This document shows positions 43,867 to 52,837 of a stretch of 64,000 nt of DNA, one piece after another. The translations under genes and the position numbers were made by a program. Source of the DNA: a virus. Taxonomy: Duplodnaviria; Caudoviricetes. The notes under the pieces are model-generated. The model made no database searches. It was not told the origin of the DNA and worked only from the letters and a program-made list of their open reading frames with translations. Within the stretch, counting starts at the first letter, position 1; each line of letters opens with the position of its first letter. The stretch lies in IMG/VR virus record IMGVR_UViG_3300033412_000476, positions 1 through 64,000 of that record; one strand, written 5' to 3'.

Positions 43867-44729
43867 TGAAGCCTCTCATCAAGTGGATCGGCGGGAAGGG
43901 AAAGCTGCTGCCGCAGCTACTGCCGCTGCTGCCGCCGCTCGAGAGTATCCACACGTACGTCGAGCCGTTTCTCGGCAGCGGCGCGCTGTTCTTCGCGCTC
44001 GAGTTCGATGACGACGACGCCGTCGTGCTCGGTGACAGTAACCCTGCGCTGATCAACGTCTACCGCAGCGTGCGTGACTCGATTTCAACCGTGACGATTC
44101 GGCTCGAAGCGCTGGCGGAAGGGCACTACGCCGCAGAGAAGCGCGGCGACGAAGTAGTACGCAGCTACTACAACAAGATCCGCGACGCCTTCAACTCAGA
44201 CGATTCCGGCGACATTCCTGCTGCGGCGCGGTTCCTCTATCTCAACCGCACGTGCTTCAACGGCGTCTGGCGTGTCAACCGCGACGGCGAGTTCAACGTC
44301 CCACTCGGCGACTACAAGCACCCTGCGATCTATGACGAAGCGCTGCTGCTCGCAGCGAACAAACGCTTACGCCAGCGCTGCGTGCAGCTGGTGCTCGGCG
44401 ACTTCAGTGACGTCATCTTCTACGCGCGCGAGCTGCGCGACGCGTTCGTCTACCTCGATCCGCCGTACGTGCCGGTCTCGGAGACCGCGGACTTCACGAG
44501 CTACACCGTGGAGAAGTTCGGGCAGGCGGATCTCGAGCGGCTACGCGCGCTGTGTGATGAGCTCGACAGTGCAGGCGCACGGTTTATGCTGAGCAACAGC
44601 ACTGCACCGACTGTCCGCGAGCTTTTTGGCAAGTACGACATTCAAGAGATCAGCCGGCGCGGCAGCATCAACAGCGACAAGAACAAGCGCGGCGACGTCA
44701 CCGAGCTCGTAGTCAGGAACTACCGATGA
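43866..44729 (+). CDS. dam: Dam-family (D12 class) N6-adenine DNA methyltransferase
   Basis: KWIGGKGKLL, YVEPFLGSG, FLYLNRTCFNG..R.N..G.FNVP.G, FVYLDPPY, FMLSNS. Confidence 0.92.
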   Translation: MKPLIKWIGGKGKLLPQLLPLLPPLESIHTYVEPFLGSGALFFALEFDDDDAVVLGDSNPALINVYRSVRDSISTVTIRLEALAEGHYAAEKRGDEVVRSYYNKIRDAFNSDDSGDIPAAARFLYLNRTCFNGVWRVNRDGEFNVPLGDYKHPAIYDEALLLAANKRLRQRCVQLVLGDFSDVIFYARELRDAFVYLDPPYVPVSETADFTSYTVEKFGQADLERLRALCDELDSAGARFMLSNSTAPTVRELFGKYDIQEISRRGSINSDKNKRGDVTELVVRNYR

Positions 44730-45367
44730 CCCGCATGACCGTCGGACCCAAGCGCTCGCGCAGCAAGGAACGCAAAAAGCCCGCGGTCTCGTTCGCACGC
44801 GAGGACTGGCTCAAGCTCCGTACGGCGCTGCGCGACGATCCCGAGCTCGAGGGCGCGGTGCTGCGCGTGATGATGGCAACGAGCGTTCGAATCCAGGACA
44901 TTCTACTCGTGCGCCTCGACGCCATCCGCGCGGCTTTGCGACACGACGACGGACTCATCGAAGTGATCCAGAAGGGCGGCAGCCGGCGAATGCTGCCCGT
45001 CGCAGGCGCGCACCACGAATGGTCCGCGCTACTGGCGCACTGCAAACAAGCCAACGCCGCAGCGACGATCGTAGCCGAGGCCGTGTGCCCTGCCTCGAGC
45101 TGGGGCGCCAAGGGCGGTGGCGGCGCCTACCAGCGCGTGCGCCGACACCTGCAGGCAGTAAGCGACCGCATCGGCATCGACGGGCGCGTGCACCTGCACC
45201 GCATCCGCCGAACGGTGGCCACGACCGCGTTGCGGCACACCAAGGACATCAAGCTCGTCGCGGAGATGCTCGGGCACAAACACGTTTCGACGACCGAGAT
45301 CTACGTCGACGAGGCCCGCAGCGACGACGTGGCCGCGCTGCAGCGCCAGCTGATGGAGGACCCTTGA
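44726..45367 (+). CDS. Minimal tyrosine recombinase (catalytic domain only)
   Basis: SVRIQD (R), QKGG (K), HRIRRT (HxxR), LGHK (H), TEIY (Y); 213 aa. Confidence 0.85.
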   Translation: MTRMTVGPKRSRSKERKKPAVSFAREDWLKLRTALRDDPELEGAVLRVMMATSVRIQDILLVRLDAIRAALRHDDGLIEVIQKGGSRRMLPVAGAHHEWSALLAHCKQANAAATIVAEAVCPASSWGAKGGGGAYQRVRRHLQAVSDRIGIDGRVHLHRIRRTVATTALRHTKDIKLVAEMLGHKHVSTTEIYVDEARSDDVAALQRQLMEDP

Positions 45368-45633
45368 AGACGAACGCGATCATGCTCTCGGTTGCCGTGC
45401 TGCTTGGCGGCACTGCTGCAGCGTTCGCGCTCGTGTCCTCGATCATCGTCGGCTTCGTGTACACCAAAAGCTTCTACACGAAGCTCTTCCACGTGCTCGG
45501 GCTGAATCCAGCGCTCGACGACGGCGCCGATCTCATGTGCTTCTTCGCGACGACGATCACGATGGCGCTCGTGTACTTCTGCTTGTGCATGGTCGGCCGT
45601 GCATGGTTTGTCGCGCTGCAGAAGCGCGGCTAG
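45364..45633 (+). CDS. Small two-TM membrane protein
   Basis: TTG overlapping the recombinase stop; two TMs. Confidence 0.55.
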   Translation: MKTNAIMLSVAVLLGGTAAAFALVSSIIVGFVYTKSFYTKLFHVLGLNPALDDGADLMCFFATTITMALVYFCLCMVGRAWFVALQKRG

Positions 45634-45637
45634 CGAA

Positions 45638-45666
45638 TAGACACTAGCTTGCGCGCGTCATAGACT
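45638..45666 (+). promoter_or_regulatory. sigma70-type promoter facing a gene-free gap
   Basis: TAGACA-N17-TAGACT. Confidence 0.45.
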
Positions 45667-45672
45667 GCAGAC

Positions 45673-45800
45673 GCCGGCACGCGAAGCTTTTCGCCTTTCT
45701 CACGTTGGGCTCTCCGGGCGACGCGTGCGTATCCACGGTGGGCTCCCCGAGAGCTCCGCTCCCGTACCGAGGCCAAAGCGGGAGCCCCGCGAGGGCTTTT
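45673..45800 (+). ncRNA. Candidate structured small RNA (about 130 nt)
   Basis: Promoter upstream, several stems, terminator at the 3' end, no ORF. Confidence 0.45.
45783..45800 (+). terminator. Short intrinsic terminator at the early/late convergence
   Basis: AGCCC-CGCGA-GGGCT-TTT. Confidence 0.55.
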
Positions 45801-46519
45801 CAGTCCCAGCCGGGCGGTAGCTGATCGACGGTCTCGTTCAGTCGCGCGGCCGCGTCGATGATGACCGCGATCGTCACGAAGTCGAGGCCCATCGCGCGCA
45901 GGTGCGCGACAGCGGCCTCCGGCGTGTCGACGCGCAGAATACCGGCTGCGGTCCACACGAGCACGGAGATGGCTTGGGGCTGTCCGCCCATCGGCGGAGT
46001 GTGCAGGCCGCGCAGACCGCGCAGGTGCGTTGCCCAGCGCGTGATCTCCGGTGAAACGAGCACGAGCTTCTGCTCTGCGAAGCTGCCGCGTGCGTTCGCA
46101 ACGGCGGCTTGCAAGAGGATCTCGCTCATGTAGATCGGCGAGAGCGCGTTGCACTGCGCGGCGCTCGACCGGAACGCTGCGGCCTCGCCCTCGATGCTGA
46201 AGTCGCAGACCTTCTGCAGGTGGTCCCAGTCGTGGACGGCGCGCGCCTTCCAGTTGGTCTGCGGATCCCAGAGCGGTGTGTCGCTGCCGCCCTTGTAGAC
46301 GTACATCGTGCCGGTCGACGCGATCTGATCGCGCATGTGCTCGAAGCTCTTGTACGGGTCGTGGTCGACGAACTGCACGCGGATCGGCAGCCGCTCGAAA
46401 GCCGCGTCGATGCGCGCCCGTTCAGCGCGAACCATCGCCTGCACTCGCGGGTCATGCGTGCTGTCGGGCGCGTTCTCGTACGCAAGCGCGAGCCGTTCGA
46501 TGTCAGCCGGACTAAGCAT
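45800..46519 (-). CDS. Zincin-like (HDxxH) domain protein, possibly virion-associated
   Basis: DPY...M...RAVHDWDH....F..EGE; LRGLRGL motif before the C-terminal domain. Confidence 0.55.
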   Translation of the reverse strand: MLSPADIERLALAYENAPDSTHDPRVQAMVRAERARIDAAFERLPIRVQFVDHDPYKSFEHMRDQIASTGTMYVYKGGSDTPLWDPQTNWKARAVHDWDHLQKVCDFSIEGEAAAFRSSAAQCNALSPIYMSEILLQAAVANARGSFAEQKLVLVSPEITRWATHLRGLRGLHTPPMGGQPQAISVLVWTAAGILRVDTPEAAVAHLRAMGLDFVTIAVIIDAAARLNETVDQLPPGWD

Positions 46520-46718
46520 CGCTCGCCTTCTCATCACCAAAGTACGTGATCACGTAGCGCCCGTCGGATGTGAGCTTCGGAACGCCGCGCTTGCCGCGCG
46601 CCTGAGCTGCAGCGGAGAGCCGCGCGTCGATACAGCGCGTGCAGAATGGGTTCTCTTGGTAGCCGGCGTCGGTCGCCAAAAACACCCGCAGGCAGTACTT
46701 GCAGGTGCGCTCACTCAT
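46512..46718 (-). CDS. small zinc-finger protein
   Basis: CKYC...CTRC. Confidence 0.55.
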   Translation of the reverse strand: MSERTCKYCLRVFLATDAGYQENPFCTRCIDARLSAAAQARGKRGVPKLTSDGRYVITYFGDEKASDA

Positions 46719-46993
46719 CGCGCGATCGCCCTGACACCAAGCAAACCCGCCATCCCATAATCGCTGGCCTTGACCGCACTTGCCCCACCCGACCCCGACC
46801 CACTCGCAACGCTCGGCGCCGCGTCAGCGGCCCCGAGCACTCTCGCAGCGGCGAAGGTCGTCGACAGCAGGCCGCTGGTCAGCGCCAGCGCGAGCGCTTC
46901 TTCGCGACGGCCCTTGGCAAAGAGGCCCATTGCCGTCAGCCCGGTCAGCCCCGAGCCGACGACAGCGAGCGCGAGCCAGTGCTGCCGAGTCAT
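46715..46993 (-). CDS. small two-TM membrane protein
   Basis: MTRQHWLALAVVGSGL...; two TMs. Confidence 0.6.
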   Translation of the reverse strand: MTRQHWLALAVVGSGLTGLTAMGLFAKGRREEALALALTSGLLSTTFAAARVLGAADAAPSVASGSGSGGASAVKASDYGMAGLLGVRAIAR

Positions 46994-47006
46994 AGTCACC
47001 AGCGTA

Positions 47007-47531
47007 TCAGAGCCCCTGGGCCTTGCGGTAGGCCGCCACCATGGCCTCGAAGCGCTCGACCATGTACTCCACGGTCTGCCCGTACTCGAGCGCAAAGCGC
47101 GTCAGCTTGCCGAGGTCGAGCAAGTCTTCGTCGGTGAGCTCTGCGGGCTCACTGGCAGCCTTGGCGGGCCGGCCGCGCTTGGGCGCAGCAGCTCGAGCTG
47201 CAGCGGCACCCGCGACCGCGTCCGCGCGCTCCGCGACAGCCCCCGCAACCGGCGCCGTAGCAACGCCGTTGCCGCGGTAGGCGGCCACTGCAGCGTCGTC
47301 GGCAGCTTCCTGTTCGACGGCCGCGGCGGCTGTCAGGGGCGCGCTGGCGCCGTCCTGCGGCTCGTCCTCGGCGTCTTCCGCGCCGGTGTCGACTTCGGCC
47401 GCGGCTTCGGGTCGCGCGGGCTCTGCAGGGCGCTGCGCCGCGTTGCCGTTGGTCGTGCGCCGGCCGCGGCGCTGGGTCGCCGACTGGGCGGCCGAAGCTG
47501 TTTTGAGCGTATCAGCAGACATACGAGCCAT
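47007..47531 (-). CDS. Ala-rich protein with AT-hook-like PKRGRP motif
   Basis: GGAGGAG RBS; low-complexity N-terminus, helical C-terminus. Confidence 0.6.
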   Translation of the reverse strand: MARMSADTLKTASAAQSATQRRGRRTTNGNAAQRPAEPARPEAAAEVDTGAEDAEDEPQDGASAPLTAAAAVEQEAADDAAVAAYRGNGVATAPVAGAVAERADAVAGAAAARAAAPKRGRPAKAASEPAELTDEDLLDLGKLTRFALEYGQTVEYMVERFEAMVAAYRKAQGL

Positions 47532-47607
47532 GGGTTGGGTTCTCCTCCGACTTGGAAGAACGCAAGCTCGCACGGCCGTATTCAGGGGTCAACAATGCGC
47601 TTACCGC

Positions 47608-49017
47608 TCAGCTCCCGCTTTCGAAGCTGAGCATGTCGCCGGTCGGAGCTGCACCGATTCCCGTTGCGGCCCAACCTGCCTGATCGGGTGCCGTAGTGAA
47701 GACGGTAGTTGTGACGCGTGAGTCGAGCTGAATCCAGGTGTTGCCGTCGCGCGAGACTTCCGCGACGACGTTCGCGCCGGACCGCCGTACGCGCAACGCG
47801 ATCGGCGCGGTGCCATCGAGCGAAGCATAGCCCTTGGCGGTGAACACACTTCGTGCGGTCGAGCTGGTCCACACGGCGATCGCGAGAGACGTGAGGTTGT
47901 TGGCGCCGTCCTGCACCAGCTGCGCGAGATACACCTTGCCGGTGCCGCTCTCGCGCAGCAGCACCGACAGCACGCCCACACCCGCAGTCAGAGGCGTGGT
48001 GAATCGGAACGTCGCACGCGCGAACGCAGATGCAGCTGAGTTCGCGACAGTCATCCCGCGCAGCTGCCCGGGCGAAGCGCCATCGTTCGGGCCGGTGATG
48101 CGCGTCGCACCATTTTGATCGGCCGAGGTGGCGCCGCCTTGGTTGAACCACGTGAAGGTCGCGATCAGACCAGGCTCTTTACCGAGTAGCCCATTGATCA
48201 CAGGTCGCCACGCTGCGCCGTCATCGACCCACTCACCGACGGGCGCGTCAGTCAGGTAGGCGATCTTGCCGGCGTGCCCCGCGGCAGGCCGCGCGCCGTA
48301 CGTGCCGTAATAGGGCACAGTGCCATTGAGCGCGTCGAGCGCCGCTTTCACGGTGGCGCCCGTCACACCCGAATCGTTGGTCACTTGGCTCGCGGCGTAG
48401 TCACCGGCGGCAGCAACCACAGCGCCGGTACGCGTGAACACGCTGGTGACCGCAGCGCCAGGCGTGATCCCGTCGAGCTTGGCTTTGTCCGCGCCGCTCA
48501 GAAAGCCTGCAGCGCCCGAGGCTACGGCTACGGCATGTTGAGTGCCGCCTCCGCGCACGCCGTGCTGCACATCGGTCGCGAGCACACCGACTTGTACATC
48601 GTTAGCGTTGACGGTGATCGACCCGTCCGCGTTCGCGCCCACGTCGAACGTGCGATCAATGCTCAGATCTCCGCCACCCGTCAGACCCGCGCCGGCTGTG
48701 AGCGTGCGCCCGAGCGGCGGATAGAACGCCGCGTAGTCACCGGCCGCCGCGACCACCGCGCCGACGCGACCGAAGACCGAGACCACCGGTGCGGCAGGAA
48801 TCGAAGCGATCTCGGTTTGAAGAGTGTTGAGCGCGTCTTTGACGGTTGCGCCGACTACGGCTGAGTCGTTGGTGACGAGGCTTGCGGAGTAGTCACCGAG
48901 GACTGCAACGACGTTGCCGACGCGGCCAAAGACGCTGAGTACTGGCACCGCAGGAATGTCCGGCGCAGTCCAGATGGGGACTACCGAGCCGATCGCTGTG
49001 GGGTTTGCGCCCGACAC
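47608..49017 (-). CDS. Fibre/spike protein 1
   Basis: Three V.SVF.R.G.VVA..GDY repeats; C-terminal beta-sandwich head. Confidence 0.75.
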   Translation of the reverse strand: MSGANPTAIGSVVPIWTAPDIPAVPVLSVFGRVGNVVAVLGDYSASLVTNDSAVVGATVKDALNTLQTEIASIPAAPVVSVFGRVGAVVAAAGDYAAFYPPLGRTLTAGAGLTGGGDLSIDRTFDVGANADGSITVNANDVQVGVLATDVQHGVRGGGTQHAVAVASGAAGFLSGADKAKLDGITPGAAVTSVFTRTGAVVAAAGDYAASQVTNDSGVTGATVKAALDALNGTVPYYGTYGARPAAGHAGKIAYLTDAPVGEWVDDGAAWRPVINGLLGKEPGLIATFTWFNQGGATSADQNGATRITGPNDGASPGQLRGMTVANSAASAFARATFRFTTPLTAGVGVLSVLLRESGTGKVYLAQLVQDGANNLTSLAIAVWTSSTARSVFTAKGYASLDGTAPIALRVRRSGANVVAEVSRDGNTWIQLDSRVTTTVFTTAPDQAGWAATGIGAAPTGDMLSFESGS

Positions 49018-50040
49018 TTACGCGCGACCGACGCCAAAGCGCGCACGGCAGCGAGCCTGCATGTACGCGTCGTTTGCAGCGAAGTTGCCTACCGTCGTGT
49101 CGACGATCGCGATCATCAACATGTCGGTGCCGCTTGAGCCAGAAAAGCCGAAAGCCTGCAGCGTGCACGTGACCACTGTGTCATTGCCTGTGAAGTTGGG
49201 CGCGACGTCGACGCCGTCGATCTGGTACTTCGCGCCGGTCGACAGGGGCAGCATGCTGTGCACGTGATAGCCAAAATCGTTGGCGGGGGTCACGATGTTG
49301 ATCCCCTGTGTGCCCCCGGTGAAGTCGACTTGTGTGACGTAGTTGTCTGCGTTGTTCGCGCGACCGGCGACGAACACGTGTCCCGTGAGTCCCACGCCAG
49401 CCACGCACCCGATGCGAGCGTTTGCCACCGCAGCGAACGAGCGCGCACGCGCGACGACGTACCACGCGTAGCGATTGGCTGCGGGCACTGCGACAGCAGC
49501 GTTCATCACAGCCGCTGTCGTGGCCGGCGTGGCGAAGGGGTTGTCACCTGGACCGCCGAACGCGGTGTAAGTCGTGTTGCCCGCAGCCACCCCGAGATTT
49601 GCCCCTGCGACTCGGTCCCTGATCGCGGTGAAGTTGCCACCGGCCACGGTCACGTTCGGATTTCCCGTCAACGCAAGCTCGACCTCCCACCAGTACTTCA
49701 GCGCTGACCCCAGAAACGAGGTCATCGGGATCATGGGGTCGACTTTGTGAACGTGGTCGGCGCGCGCTGCGCTGGCTGACACGCCATCGGCCGCGATGTT
49801 GCCGACCGTAAGGAGAGCAGGCGAACCGAACGTCACCTGCCCGGCAAGCAGAGTGTTCAGCGCGTCTGCGACGGTTGCGCCAGCAACAGTGGAGTCGTTG
49901 GTGACGAGGCTTGCGGAGTAGTCACCGAGTACTGCGACAACCGCGCCCACGCGTCCGAAGACTGAGGTCACCGGCGCAGGCGGTATCGTCGGCGCAGTCC
50001 AGATGGGGACTACCGAGCCGATCGCTGTGGGGTTTGCGCC
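48863..50040. repeat. Direct repeats shared by the 5' ends of the two fibre genes
   Basis: 51 bp identical at 48961-49011 and 49990-50040; 38 bp identical at 48863-48900 and 49892-49929. Confidence 0.85.
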
Positions 50041-50046
50041 GGCCAT
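49018..50046 (-). CDS. Fibre/spike protein 2, LamG-like head
   Basis: Near-identical N-terminus to fibre 1; different head (..YQIDG..). Confidence 0.75.
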   Translation of the reverse strand: MAGANPTAIGSVVPIWTAPTIPPAPVTSVFGRVGAVVAVLGDYSASLVTNDSTVAGATVADALNTLLAGQVTFGSPALLTVGNIAADGVSASAARADHVHKVDPMIPMTSFLGSALKYWWEVELALTGNPNVTVAGGNFTAIRDRVAGANLGVAAGNTTYTAFGGPGDNPFATPATTAAVMNAAVAVPAANRYAWYVVARARSFAAVANARIGCVAGVGLTGHVFVAGRANNADNYVTQVDFTGGTQGINIVTPANDFGYHVHSMLPLSTGAKYQIDGVDVAPNFTGNDTVVTCTLQAFGFSGSSGTDMLMIAIVDTTVGNFAANDAYMQARCRARFGVGRA

Positions 50047-50049
50047 GAG

Positions 50050-50652
50050 TTACATCGATAGGGCGTAGTAGACCGACAGCGTGTTGCCTGCGTGTGCCGT
50101 CAGATCGAGCACGTTGAGTCGGAACGCTAGGGCGCCTGCGACGTCATAGGTCTGCGCGAAGCGCGCAGTACCAGCGGCGAGCACATCGGTGCGGAGCTCG
50201 GTCCCCTCGAGCGGCCGCGAACCAAAGCCGCCGGCAGCGAAGCGCGAGCCCACCGGCGCCAACGGCGTGACCGTGCCGCCGATGAGCGTCATGGCGTGCC
50301 AGACGCCGTCGCTACGCCGCACCTCGGGAATGACCGACAGCCGCCCGCCGACCGCCATCACATACTCGAGATAGATCTCGCAGAGCCGGTACTCCTGACA
50401 CTGCAGCTCGGGCAGCGCTTGGTACTCCGCGCCCTGCGCGCTCGAGATGATGACCTCGAGCTCGGAGACGAGCGGCACAGTCTGCGTCGTGAACGCCGGC
50501 TCTTTGACCCAGGGGGCGTCATCGTCACCGGGGGCGCCTTCGTTGCCGCCCGACTGCTGATTGGTGTAGCCGGCCGGATCAGCAGGCTTGCGATCGCGAA
50601 ACATCACGTCGAGGTCGTGGCGCGTGCTGTCGGTGTTCTTGCGGTTGTCCAT
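50050..50652 (-). CDS. beta-rich putative minor virion protein
   Basis: Strand-like pattern ending FRLNVLD...LSVYYAL. Confidence 0.6.
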   Translation of the reverse strand: MDNRKNTDSTRHDLDVMFRDRKPADPAGYTNQQSGGNEGAPGDDDAPWVKEPAFTTQTVPLVSELEVIISSAQGAEYQALPELQCQEYRLCEIYLEYVMAVGGRLSVIPEVRRSDGVWHAMTLIGGTVTPLAPVGSRFAAGGFGSRPLEGTELRTDVLAAGTARFAQTYDVAGALAFRLNVLDLTAHAGNTLSVYYALSM

Positions 50653-50925
50653 CTAGCGAAATCTCGTTTCCGGCACGCTCTGCTCGCGAGCCATGTTCGC
50701 CGCGCGGACCATCTTCGTGATGCCGCGAAACGCAAGTGCAACGCGCGGCGCCCGGGCTTCGAGGATCTTCCCGCCGGCAAGCAGCGCGAGCTTGCCGAAG
50801 ACCGCTACGCCGCTCTGCGCGACCTGCGCGCAAGTGGGGTGCGCGACGCCAAGCTGTTTTCGACCGGCGGTGAGCATGGTGCCCGCACCGATCGGGACGT
50901 CCCCGCGGCAGAGCACGCACTGCAC
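50653..50925 (-). CDS. small protein (CxxC...HxxC, then amphipathic helix)
   Basis: CVLC...HPTC. Confidence 0.55.
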   Translation of the reverse strand: MQCVLCRGDVPIGAGTMLTAGRKQLGVAHPTCAQVAQSGVAVFGKLALLAGGKILEARAPRVALAFRGITKMVRAANMAREQSVPETRFR

Positions 50926-50927
50926 GA

Positions 50928-51110
50928 TCAGAACTTCCCGGTCTTGACAGCCTGACGCGCCGCGTTCGACGCCGCGAAGGCTGCGCAGGGCGTACAGCCC
51001 TGCTTTTTGACGCGGCGCTGCCCCGGCTGCGGCTGCTGCGAGAGGTGAGCGCCCATGCCCACGAACGCCGCCTTACCGAGCGTCTTGAGGATTGCCAACT
51101 TTACGCTCAT
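50928..51110 (-). CDS. small protein with CxxC
   Basis: AGGAG RBS; MSVKLAILKTLGK...GCTPC. Confidence 0.55.
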   Translation of the reverse strand: MSVKLAILKTLGKAAFVGMGAHLSQQPQPGQRRVKKQGCTPCAAFAASNAARQAVKTGKF

Positions 51111-51123
51111 GACCGGACTCCTT

Positions 51124-51522
51124 TCAGCGGGTGCGGCGCTTGATGCGATCGCGCACGGCCCACAGCATACCGCCAAGGCCGCCGACGACGAGCACCGCGC
51201 CTAGGCCCTTTTGGGTGTACCACGTCGCCATACCCGTGCTGACACTCGTCAGGCCGGCAGCGAACGCGGCACCCTTGATGGCGCCCTCACGGTGATCGCT
51301 GGCCACCCAGCCCAGCAGCGCGCCACCCAGGCCCGCGCCTGCGAGCGTCGCAGCCGCGTAGAGCGGAGAATCGACCGCCGTAGCCGCGCCAAGCCGGCTG
51401 CCGCCACGCACGCCGTGGAAGGGGATGCCGGTCGCGTCGGCGGGCATCAGCAGCGTCTGCATGGTGCCAAGGCCGCCAAGACCCGCACCGGGTGCACCAT
51501 CGAAGTTTCCGGCGGGCAGCAT
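51124..51522 (-). CDS. Three-TM putative virion membrane protein
   Basis: GAGGAG RBS; LGGLG and RLGA motifs; basic tail. Confidence 0.65.
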   Translation of the reverse strand: MLPAGNFDGAPGAGLGGLGTMQTLLMPADATGIPFHGVRGGSRLGAATAVDSPLYAAATLAGAGLGGALLGWVASDHREGAIKGAAFAAGLTSVSTGMATWYTQKGLGAVLVVGGLGGMLWAVRDRIKRRTR

Positions 51523-51524
51523 CT

Positions 51525-51860
51525 TCAGCTCTCCTCGTCGAAGTACTCGATCACTACGCCGAGCTCGACCATGCCGCCGGTGCCGGGCACCGTCAGCGCG
51601 TTGATCGTCTGGTGCGCCTGCAGATAGATCGGCATGACGATGTCAGTCGGCAGGTTCACGAACAAGAACGCGCGACCGGGCCCGGCTTCGTCGGGCGTGG
51701 GCCGATCGATCGAGAACGCGCAGCGCGGTCCGGGCGGCACGAGCAGCCGCACGCGGCGGATCGCACCGGGCGGCGCCTGTAGCTCAGCCGAGACGATCTC
51801 CCGCGCCTGCAGGTCGACTGTGGCGCGGTAGCTCTCGGTCGGTTTTCGCAGATGCCGCAT
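51525..51860 (-). CDS. Small beta-sandwich protein, penton-like candidate
   Basis: 111 aa, strand-rich, directly after the DJR-like genes. Confidence 0.45.
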   Translation of the reverse strand: MRHLRKPTESYRATVDLQAREIVSAELQAPPGAIRRVRLLVPPGPRCAFSIDRPTPDEAGPGRAFLFVNLPTDIVMPIYLQAHQTINALTVPGTGGMVELGVVIEYFDEES

Positions 51861-51868
51861 GAAGCTCC

Positions 51869-52831
51869 CTACGAGACCATGATGTAGCCGGCCATGCCGA
51901 TGCACAGCACGTCCGGCAGCTCATCGACCAAGGCGCGGACGTCGACGGTGACGCCCTCGCCGGGGTTCCAGATCATCCCGTCACCGGGGAACTGGTGGAC
52001 GACCGCGCGGCCGGTCGAGAGCCCGAGCAGCGTCGCTTGCGGGTAAGGCGCGTTGATGTTCTGCGGGCCGACGAACCAGTCGGCCTGCGTGCCGTTGCCG
52101 ACCTGCCGGATCTTGATCCGGATGCGACCGATCGCGCCGGTCGGATCGGACTGGTCGATGGCCGCACCGACCGTGACCGTCATATCGGTGATGAGAATCG
52201 GCTCGCTGCCACTGTTGGTGAAGTCGGGCGAGGTGAAATCGAGCGGCTGCGTGGTCTCGAGCTGCACCGAGCCCGTCAGGATGTACGGCCGGTGCGAGAG
52301 CGCGCCGATGCCGTGGAACGCGACAGCGACCGGCACCGCGTCCGAAGGATCCGAAGCGTCCTGCAGCTGAACGCGAATCTGAAACGTGTCGCGCACGGCG
52401 AGCACGAGCGGCTGACCGCAAGCCACGAAGTCCCAGTGCGCGTTGCCCGCGGAGAACGCCTCGGGGGCAGCGACGACCTTGTTGCCCCAGAGCGTGAGCG
52501 GGAGCGGCTCGCGGTTCATGTAAAACTGATTGTGGAACTGAAACCGCACGCCGATGCGGCCGACGTCGAGCGGGTTGGCCACCGACGGCTGCGCGTCGGT
52601 CGTCAGATAGCGCACGGCCGCCACGATGTGCGTGAGCCGGATGGGAAACTGCTCGCCGTTGTAGAACACCTCGGGTTGGCCCGAGGTGATGATGTTCCGA
52701 TCCGAGTTGAGGGTGATCTCGTCGAAGAACAGCCGCGGCTCGTTGATGATGCCCTTGCTGAGCAACGTCTTTCCGAGCTGGATGACGTAGTCGAGGTATT
52801 CGGAGGTTCCCTTGGGCGGCAGTTGCGGCAT
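51869..52831 (-). CDS. Double jelly-roll-like capsid protein candidate A
   Basis: Internal duplication: FYNGEQFPIRLTHI...VAFHGI and FTNSGSEPILITDM...IGMAGY. Confidence 0.55.
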   Translation of the reverse strand: MPQLPPKGTSEYLDYVIQLGKTLLSKGIINEPRLFFDEITLNSDRNIITSGQPEVFYNGEQFPIRLTHIVAAVRYLTTDAQPSVANPLDVGRIGVRFQFHNQFYMNREPLPLTLWGNKVVAAPEAFSAGNAHWDFVACGQPLVLAVRDTFQIRVQLQDASDPSDAVPVAVAFHGIGALSHRPYILTGSVQLETTQPLDFTSPDFTNSGSEPILITDMTVTVGAAIDQSDPTGAIGRIRIKIRQVGNGTQADWFVGPQNINAPYPQATLLGLSTGRAVVHQFPGDGMIWNPGEGVTVDVRALVDELPDVLCIGMAGYIMVS

Positions 52832-52837
52832 GGTGAC

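Noticed and set aside
44726-45367. Protelomerase assignment for the tyrosine recombinase
   Set aside because: Its catalytic pattern is classical R-K-HxxR-H-Y and it is far shorter than TelN-type enzymes
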